From a bacterium (GTDB taxonomy: Bacteria > Patescibacteriota > Patescibacteriia > UBA2196), in the NCBI GenBank assembly GCA_035387885.1, contig DAOOOW010000004.1:1-58162 (forward strand): a stretch of DNA of 58,162 bases, given 5' to 3'. How positions within the stretch are numbered: position 1 is the stretch's first letter; each line of letters starts with the position of its first letter. Made by a program: the position numbers and the translations under genes. Positions 42,753-52,300 of the stretch are shown piece after piece. A model generated the notes under the pieces. The model worked only from the letters and a program-made list of their open reading frames with translations, was not told the DNA's origin and made no database searches.

Positions 42753-44147
42753 TTAATAATCCAATAACTTGCGCATACCCACATGATCTTTAATGCGCTC
42801 TAAAGCTTTGGCTTCAATTTGACGAATACGTTCACGAGTTACCCCAAATTCTTGCCCGACTTCTTCTAAGGTGTGGAAAACTCCATCTTCTAAACCAAAA
42901 CGCATTTCTAAAATTTTCTGCTCACGTGGTGTTAATTCAAATATAATATCTTTAATATGTCCTTTTAATAATTGCAAAGCCGTGGCTCTATCTGGTGAAA
43001 TTGTTTTATAATCTTGCATAAAATCTACCAATTTAGAATCATCATCACCTTCATCACCAACCGAAGCTTCCAAAGAAATTGTTTCTTGAGAAATTTTAAT
43101 GACGTGACGAATTTTTTCTACATCTTCACCCATTTCAGCTGCAATTTCTTCTGGTAATGGCTCACGACCCAAATCTTGAATCAAACGTCTTTGCACTTGC
43201 TGAAACTTATTAATAGTTTCGACCATGTGAACAGGAATTCTAATAGTCCTCGATTGATCAGCTAAAGATCTGGTAATAGCTTGACGAATCCACCAAGTGG
43301 CATAAGTAGAAAATTTATAACCCTTGCGATAATCAAATTTTTCTACTGCCCGGAAAAGACCGACATTGCCTTCTTGAATCAAATCTAATAAAGTTAAGCC
43401 GCCACGGCCAGCAAATTTTTTAGCAATAGAAACCACTAAACGTAAATTAGATTCAATAAGTTTTTTGGAGGCTTCTTTATCACCTCTTTCTTTTCTTTTA
43501 GCCAATTGCATTTCTTCTTCAGTATTTAATAAAGGTACTTTGCCAATTTCACGCAAATACATTTGAATCGAATCAGCAAAAATTTCTGTTAAATCGGCTC
43601 TTTTTTGATCACCCAAAAGACCCATGCCGCTCAAAATTTTCTTACGATCTTCGGTTTTGGTCAACAGACCCACTTCACCTTCCACCAACTGCACGCTAAT
43701 TCTTTCCAAGCGCGCTAAAAATTTTTCATATTCTTCTAGATATTCTTCCACTTCGGGAAAAGCCATAATTAATTCTTGTTCAGTAATAAACCCGCGGGCT
43801 TTGCCTTTAAGAAATAAATTATCAACAGCCTTTTGATTGGGTAAAATTTTCTCAGCAATTTTTACTTTTTTATTCCTAATCCCGAATGTTCGAAACTTTT
43901 TATTTTTCTGTCCAGCAATTTGTTTTTTATTTTTAAGAACCTTGCTGGCTTTATTTTTTTTAACAACCTTAAAAACCTTGGCTTTTTTGATGGGCTTAGT
44001 TTTAAAAACTTTTTTAGGTTTAGCTTTCTTACGTAAAACTTTCTTGTTTTTTAAAGTTTTTTTAATATGTTTAATAATGGCCACTTTTTTGTGTGATTTG
44101 GATTTTTTACTGAATTGTCTGAGTTTCTTGGGGATTTTTTTAGCCAT
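42753..44147 (-). CDS. rpoD: Primary RNA polymerase sigma factor with a polybasic N-terminal extension
   Basis: Regions 1.2-4.2 are conserved: [38 protein letters not shown], and [20 protein letters not shown]. Confidence 0.95.
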   Translation of the reverse strand: MAKKIPKKLRQFSKKSKSHKKVAIIKHIKKTLKNKKVLRKKAKPKKVFKTKPIKKAKVFKVVKKNKASKVLKNKKQIAGQKNKKFRTFGIRNKKVKIAEKILPNQKAVDNLFLKGKARGFITEQELIMAFPEVEEYLEEYEKFLARLERISVQLVEGEVGLLTKTEDRKKILSGMGLLGDQKRADLTEIFADSIQMYLREIGKVPLLNTEEEMQLAKRKERGDKEASKKLIESNLRLVVSIAKKFAGRGGLTLLDLIQEGNVGLFRAVEKFDYRKGYKFSTYATWWIRQAITRSLADQSRTIRIPVHMVETINKFQQVQRRLIQDLGREPLPEEIAAEMGEDVEKIRHVIKISQETISLEASVGDEGDDDSKLVDFMQDYKTISPDRATALQLLKGHIKDIIFELTPREQKILEMRFGLEDGVFHTLEEVGQEFGVTRERIRQIEAKALERIKDHVGMRKLLDY

Positions 44148-44209
44148 AAAAATAGAATTATATATTATGGAAAATATTTTATCAATTACATATTACAAAT
44201 TACAGGATA

Positions 44210-46003
44210 CTAATTGTTTATTTCCCGAGATAATTCCGAAAACTCTTGCATTAAGGAATCGGCCAATTCTCTTTGGCTCTCTCTTTCTGCTATACGTAAT
44301 TCCGCTTCAATTTCTTTCAAACGCTTAGAAATCTTTTCTTTTTTTAAATAATTGACTGCATCAGTAAACTCTTTATTTATCTCTTTGGGCGTTAAAACAC
44401 TAAATTCTGTCTCGTAAAACAGTTTTAAACTTTCTAAGACAAAAATTAAAGCCTTTTTATCAGCAGTCTTAAGGATATTTTCAAATTCTTGAATAGCAAA
44501 TGAATTATTTTTAGTATAACAGAAAATTAGCTCTTTGTAAAACTCTTCATAATCTTTATAAAGCATCTCTGGTAATAATTTATTAATAGCTTGAATTAAA
44601 TATTCGCCCTGGCCCAAAATTATGGCTAAAAACCTTTCAGTCATTATTTTTTCTTTATTAATTTGGACTGCTTGAGTTGGGCTTTTGGCGCTCATGGTAG
44701 ATTGAGTGCTGGTTTTTAAAACATTTTTTTGCATAACTTCTTTTAAAGTTGCTTCGGTCACATTTATTTTATTGGCTAAAATTTTTAAATAATGTTCTTT
44801 ATCAATCGGATTAGTTAACTTGTTTATCCAAGGCAAAATTTTCCCGGCCACAATTTTTTTGGCATCGATGAGAGACAAATTTTTCTGAGACAAATTAAGA
44901 TAAAGCAAATAATCCATAAAATTAATAAACTTGTGGCTGACTTCAACCCAAACCGTAGGATTTTTTTTAACTAATTCATCTGGATCTTTAAAACTTTTCG
45001 GCAAAATTATGACTTTAACATTTAAGCCTTCGGCCCAAATTAAATCCACGCCACGCTCGGCGGCTTTAATGCCAGCAGAATCGGCGTCAAAACAAAGAGC
45101 TAAATTTTCTGTATGTCTTTTAAGAATTTTTAATTGATCAATAGTGAGTGAAGTGCCAGAAGAAGCCACCACATTTTTTACGCCGGCAATATGGGAAGCA
45201 ATAACATCCATATTACCTTCAACTAAAATTACATAGCCGCGCTCACGAATGGCCTGCTTGGCTTTATCTAAACCATAAAGCACTTGCGATTTGTTATAGA
45301 TTAAAGTTTGTGGAGTATTAATATATTTAGCGCTTTCTTCTTTGTTCATAGCTCTGGCGGTAAAACCAACCACGTTTTGATGATAATCTAAAATCGGAAA
45401 CATAATTCTATTTCTAAAACGATCATAATAGTTTAAGCCGCCGGCATTATTATTTTTTTCAACCACGAGGCCAGATTGCATAATTTCTGAATCGGTAAAA
45501 CCTTTGGTTTTTAAAAATTTGGAGAGAACGTCCCAAGATTCTGGGGCATAACCAATTTGAAAATCTTTTAAAATATTATCTGGCAAGCCACGCTCGGTTT
45601 TTAAATAACTTAAAGCCGGATAGCCAATGGGCGAGTTGAATTGAGTTTGATAAAATTCCACAGCGATTTCGTGTAAATCATAAAGCCGAGTTTTTAAATT
45701 TTCAAAAGTGGGATTATAGTTTTGTTTAATAAGTTTAACACCAGCTTTTTCTGCTAAAATTTTTAAAGCTTCTGGAAATTCTAGATTTTCTATTTTTTGT
45801 AAAAATGTAAAAATATCGCCACCTTCACCACAACCAAAACATTTGAAAAATTGCTTTTCGCGCGAGACCATGAAAGAAGGAGTTTTTTCATTATGAAAAG
45901 GGCATAGACCTTTAAGGTTTATACCTGATTGTTTAAGTGGCGTATATTCTTGAATTAAATCAACAATATCCAGTTTGGATTTTATTTCTTCTGGTTGGGT
46001 CAT
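44210..46003 (-). CDS. dnaG: DNA primase
   Basis: Zinc ribbon CPFH.EKTPSF.V......F.CFGCG..GD, and TOPRIM motifs EG.MD and D.D.AG..A. Confidence 0.95.
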   Translation of the reverse strand: MTQPEEIKSKLDIVDLIQEYTPLKQSGINLKGLCPFHNEKTPSFMVSREKQFFKCFGCGEGGDIFTFLQKIENLEFPEALKILAEKAGVKLIKQNYNPTFENLKTRLYDLHEIAVEFYQTQFNSPIGYPALSYLKTERGLPDNILKDFQIGYAPESWDVLSKFLKTKGFTDSEIMQSGLVVEKNNNAGGLNYYDRFRNRIMFPILDYHQNVVGFTARAMNKEESAKYINTPQTLIYNKSQVLYGLDKAKQAIRERGYVILVEGNMDVIASHIAGVKNVVASSGTSLTIDQLKILKRHTENLALCFDADSAGIKAAERGVDLIWAEGLNVKVIILPKSFKDPDELVKKNPTVWVEVSHKFINFMDYLLYLNLSQKNLSLIDAKKIVAGKILPWINKLTNPIDKEHYLKILANKINVTEATLKEVMQKNVLKTSTQSTMSAKSPTQAVQINKEKIMTERFLAIILGQGEYLIQAINKLLPEMLYKDYEEFYKELIFCYTKNNSFAIQEFENILKTADKKALIFVLESLKLFYETEFSVLTPKEINKEFTDAVNYLKKEKISKRLKEIEAELRIAERESQRELADSLMQEFSELSREINN

Positions 46004-46191
46004 GAATTTCGAGTTGCCTGGTGGGCCCTGTAGGGACAGGTTTCAAACCTGTCCCTACGAACACAAAACAAATTTTATCTATCTTAATTTATACCACCAA
46101 AAAAGAAATTTATCCAGCATTAACTTTTTGCCTGTTTTGACTTTAATCAAAACAAAAAATAAAGCAAAAAGTTAGTGCTGGAAATAAAAAG

Positions 46192-46218
46192 CCCCGTGGG
46201 TTTGATGACCACACGGGG
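46192..46218 (-). terminator. Intrinsic terminator after the 80-aa ORF
   Basis: A CCCCGTG/CACGGGG stem is followed by CTTTTTATTT in the minus sense. Confidence 0.7.
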
Positions 46219-46231
46219 ACAAATTGTTATA

Positions 46232-46474
46232 TTACAACGGAAGTTCGATTTGAACACCGTCCCTTTTTCCGTCGACTTCTGGCTTCGTCAACATCACATC
46301 AACAAAACCTTCTCTTCTGTATGTCAAAACATCCAATAATAAATCTTCAGCGAACCGCCGAAAATTCATTAGACTAATGTTATATGTTAACATAAGTCTT
46401 TTTTGCTCGTCATCCTCGACGAACCAAGCAATTATCTTTTTTTGGAACCAATTTAAGTTCTTTACTTTCTCCAC
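46232..46474 (-). CDS. Small hypothetical protein (80 aa, GTG start)
   Basis: A strong SD (AAAGGAGGAA) lies 4-7 nt upstream of the GTG, and the gene has its own terminator. Confidence 0.55.
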   Translation of the reverse strand: MEKVKNLNWFQKKIIAWFVEDDEQKRLMLTYNISLMNFRRFAEDLLLDVLTYRREGFVDVMLTKPEVDGKRDGVQIELPL

Positions 46475-46560
46475 GATGTTCCTCCTTTAAAATTATTTTG
46501 TCAACCACTTAAAAATATAAAAATATGTTATCGCACCTACTGCGATTGCGAACCCGATAA

Positions 46561-46749
46561 CTAATACGGCTGTAACGATGTCAGAAAATTTTTTATCTCG
46601 CCGTAAAATTTCTGTTCGGCCTGGCAAGCCCAATTCGACACATTCGTGACAACGGCCGTCGTCATGGTTTTTAACATATCACACTTTGCCGCAATGAATG
46701 CATGGCTCTTTTTTTCATCACCTATCGCATCCATGGTGTTAAAAAACAT
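46561..46749 (-). CDS. Small hypothetical protein (62 aa)
   Basis: It lies downstream of a consensus promoter and a ~200-nt leader. An AAGGAGG is present, but 25 nt from the ATG. Confidence 0.4.
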   Translation of the reverse strand: MFFNTMDAIGDEKKSHAFIAAKCDMLKTMTTAVVTNVSNWACQAEQKFYGEIKNFLTSLQPY

Positions 46750-46971
46750 TTCTGATAATTGATTAACAAATTCCTCCTTAATATTTTTTATTGTTATTTA
46801 AAAATTCCTGCTTAATGTTCTCCAAGAGAAGAAAATTCTTCATAGGAATTTTCGAGGCCCTAAAGGGTCCAGAAAAAACCTAACAAAGAATCCCCATGCT
46901 CGTCGTCTCTCGGAGGACGCTAAACAGGAACAAAAGTTTGGCTAAATTTTACACTCTTCTCGTAATAAAAC

Positions 46972-47000
46972 ATATTATCACGAGTAAAAATTTTTGTCAA
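46972..47000 (-). promoter_or_regulatory. Consensus sigma-70 promoter driving the small-ORF cassette
   Basis: The minus sense reads TTGACA, a 17-nt spacer, then TAATAT. Confidence 0.55.
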
Positions 47001-47113
47001 TAGCCAAATCATTTTAACATTTTAGCATTTTAACATAAGAACATAAAAACACAGAAAAAAGGGCATTTAATGTTAAAATGTTAATATGCTAAAATGCTCC
47101 TATGACAAGCCCC

Positions 47114-47142
47114 TTGACAGCATTTTTTATAACCTATATAAT
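47114..47142 (+). promoter_or_regulatory. Consensus sigma-70 promoter of the 16S rRNA transcription unit
   Basis: It reads TTGACA, a 17-nt spacer, then TATAAT, about 200 nt upstream of the processing stem. Confidence 0.65.
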
Positions 47143-47344
47143 AAAACCACAGTAAATAAATTTTAGGAATGATCCCAAAAGATAACCAAATTATCTAAGT
47201 GGATATCGCTCAAAATATTGGCAAATTTATGTAAAACTTAACTGCCAAAAGTTCCTTAAATTCTCTTAAGCAAAAGCAGTAATATTTATTTTATATAGAT
47301 GTTGCTGTTTTTTCTTAACTATGCTATTATTAGCTAGCTCTTTA

Positions 47345-47366
47345 ACAATTAAAATGTGGTAGGAAA
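47345..47366 (+). promoter_or_regulatory. 5' half of the pre-16S processing stem
   Basis: These 22 nt are perfectly complementary to 49149-49170. Confidence 0.8.
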
Positions 47367-47537
47367 TCATTTTTGCTAATTTAATAAAATTAGCACAACA
47401 AATATTTTTTAAAATATTTATATATATATTTGAAAGTTTTACTTTCAACTATTTTTTTGAGAGTTTTGACCCCGCATCTTGCGGGGTGAACGCTGATATT
47501 TCGCATCTTGCGAAACAGCGAAAATTTTCAATCTATT

Positions 47538-49054
<1,517 letters not shown>

Positions 49055-49148
49055 TATGGAGTCATGTTCCAATGTAATGTTGGAACAAACCACCTCTTTG
49101 ATGCAAATCAAAGAATGTCGTATCCCGATTTATCGGGATGGTGGCTCT

Positions 49149-49170
49149 TTTCCTACCACATTTTAATTGT
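49149..49170 (+). promoter_or_regulatory. 3' half of the pre-16S processing stem
   Basis: Complementary to 47345-47366. Confidence 0.8.
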
Positions 49171-49220
49171 GAAATAAAAATCTTGAATATTTTTCTAATT
49201 AAATAAGACTTCTCGAATAA

Positions 49221-49256
49221 CAAAAAATCTCCTTATAGGGAGATTTTTTGGTGCGC
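49221..49256. repeat. Direct repeat copy 1: a terminator hairpin plus 8 nt identical to the tRNA-Ile 3' end. It also serves as a bidirectional terminator between the 16S and the giant gene.
   Basis: 33 of 36 nt are identical to 54556-54591, and all mismatches fall in the hairpin loop. It ends GGTGCGC, the reverse complement of GCGCACC(A). Confidence 0.85.
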
Positions 49257-49367
49257 TTTTTGGGAAAAAACTGTTATTCTTTCCTGTTATTTTATCATCT
49301 TTTGCAACTAATTCATCATGACCGACGTTTACATTTCCAATGTCTATTACATAGGCACCTTACCAGT

Positions 49368-52300
49368 CTATATTTTCTCTATTATGCAGAATCCATCGAA
49401 AAATTCCCATGCTGGTTGTGCAACGTTATTTAATCCTCCAAAAGAATCATAATATTTTGTCAGTCTAACATTACTTTCATTCACGAAATACTCCTCTGAT
49501 ATCTTTCTTAATTTGTATCCCCGCGCCCGAAGTACTTCTTGAACATCTGAGTTTACAGCAAATCTATTGCTATCAAAAACCAGTGATAATTCTGGATCAG
49601 CTGATAATCTATCAAGCATATGCAACATCATTTCATTAGAGAATTGATAAGTAAAATTTTGATATTGTGGGTTTACATATTGCCTATCAATCAAAACTGC
49701 CAATCTTGCCTGATCTTCTCCCGTAAGCTTCACCTTAGATAACTCAATAAAACTTCTACTTAATCTATTTTTCTCGCCATTTCTCATCTCATAAATATCT
49801 ATCATTTCATTAGAGCCATCTAATAAACGAGAGTAGGCAGCATGATTAAGACCTGTTACTTCTGTCAACCTCTGGCAGCTTTGAGTCATCTCGGGTGCTT
49901 TTGCAAGATCGTTGAAATTAACTGTGGATTCTGTTTCGAAAACTATTTGTCCTGACGCATTTTCCTCCGCCATTGCGCCTTTTAATTTACCAAAATCTAG
50001 CAAAACCTCTTCTTCAAGTGCTCTAGTATTTACATCTGTTGATCTGCTATCAGGGTCTAGTATTTTTAATCGTTTCAAAGCTCCCGAGAACTCGCCAATA
50101 TGTTTTTCAATTTCTTTTAGATAGTTTCTTCTGGCTTCATATCTTTTTTCACTAATTGTTCCTAATCTATACAAAGCTTTTAGGCTGTCTGATACTGCTT
50201 CGTATGTTCCGAGAATCTTGCCCAATTTCCCCTTTTCTTCCTTTGGTGTTTCTGGATTTTTAAGAGCTTCTTGGGCATTACGGATAAACTTCTCAACTGA
50301 ACGATACATCATTAGAATATCTTTTCGCATTAATCCTTCAGGAGTCATCAAATATTTTTTATATATAGCAAATTGTTCAGCTCTTGACCCATTAGTTTCT
50401 TCTCTCTCAATTGCTGCCTCTAGTTCTTTTACTTTTGTTATAAAAAGTTCTTGAAGATGTACTGAAAGATCTGTATGTAAAATATCTCTAATTCTATTGA
50501 GGCGGCTTAATGTAGCTTCCTCTACTGTAATTACATCGCCACTTACTCTTAATCTTCGTCTTGGTGATAAATCAAGCCAAATCTTCATCACTCTTTCTCT
50601 TGCATCATCTGGCATACCTTCAAAGATTCGATCAAACTGATGAGATGAAAGTTCTGCTCTCTTTTGCGCATAAACTTTGGGATTACGTTCTAAATTTAAT
50701 TCAAGTGACTGTCTAATGGCGCCCATTAAAATATCGAAATCTTGTCCTTTGTTGGAATATTTCTGTCCAAAAACTCCAACAGAACGACATGCGATCTCAA
50801 GTATATCATCAAACTCTTTCTCTTTACCCGCAAGCTCAATTAATTTATTCTTTTTTGCGTCCAATTCTTCGTCTTGTAATCCAGAGTAAACCACTGGAAT
50901 TGCAAGATCAATCATCATGCTTGTCATTGCCTCATTAGCCTCTTGGAAATTATTTGTTTGAAGTAATGGACCGTACCAATCTACATTTTGCGCAACTCTT
51001 GCTATTTCTGCAGTTATACCATATTTCAAAGCTATTCTATCTAGTTCTGTTGCTTTTCCTGAAACTGAAAATATTTTAACTAATACTTCTTCAGGAATCG
51101 CTTCACTTAACATTCTATTGTTAAATTGCGCCAATCGGTTTTGTGCATCCCTTATATTTCTAAAATAAACATCTGAGAGAAATTTTCTTGCGTGGTTATA
51201 AAGTCCTGCATCTGCTCTTAAAGCAACAAACAATTTAAAATTATTTTCTTGCATTAAATCTTCTTTTACTATTGAAGCTCTAGCTTCTCTCAATTTATCT
51301 TCAATGTCTGGAATTTGTGCCAACTTTACATAATACTGGGAAATGTTAGGGTTATAAGCAAAAGAAAAATTATCTCGTAAAATATCTAACGTTTGTAATA
51401 TAACTTCCTTGTTAGGGGATTCTAAAAGACTTCGCAATTGTGGCGCATGTTGTAGGCGAAATTTATAGTTGTAACTTTCCAATCGAGCAATTGTATCTTC
51501 ATTATCTTGAATAAATTCTAAATTTCGAATTGAATTAATATTACACTCATCTGAATCTTGATCTTTATATTTATCATGAATCTGCTTCAAACCCGCTAAT
51601 TGTTCTTTTGTATATCCACCTGCAATAATAAATGCTAACTGATCACTATCTCTAACATTAAACTTGTATTCCATTACTTCACCTAAAGTAGTAACAATTG
51701 CAGGCAACCTATCAATAAATGCTTCAAGCTGTAATAGATATGGTATGTCCCACACATTGAAAACATACTGTTCAGCCACCTTAGAACCTTCCAAATAAAT
51801 TTCTTCACTCGACAAAATTTGATTAACAGTAGAGAAAAGAATAGGTAACTTTTGGGCATATGGAATTAATTGTGAAATATATGTGATATCTTCAATTCCG
51901 AACTGATATCCATGATTACATAACATATCTAAAAGATCATTAAACCCTTCTTTATTTGCTGCGAGTTGGAGTAACGGCATTAAGTCCTTGCTTTTAAAAC
52001 TATATCTATATTTCTTTTCCAATTCTCCAATAAAATCAGGAAAATCACTAGGCGCACGCACAATAGTATCAATATCACGTATTTCGAGCCGATAATAACC
52101 AAAATCTGTCTTAAGCCTATTAAAAACCCCCTGCGTTTGCTTAGAAAACAACTTTCTTCTCAAATTATCATTTTGTACTAATCTATCAAGCATTTCTTGT
52201 TGTTCTGTACTTCTCAAAAAAGAAAAATCAAGAGAAAAACTAAATTGGCCTACCAACTTTACAATTAAGTCTCGACGAGCAGAATCTAAATCCAAGATCG

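Noticed and set aside
46030-46058. A 12-bp perfect hairpin (GTAGGGACAGGT-TTCAA-ACCTGTCCCTAC) considered as the terminator upstream of dnaG
   Set aside because: No T-run follows it in either orientation, and a canonical terminator for the upstream gene already exists at 46192-46218. It is more likely a dnaG 5'-UTR structure, and I do not call it as a feature.
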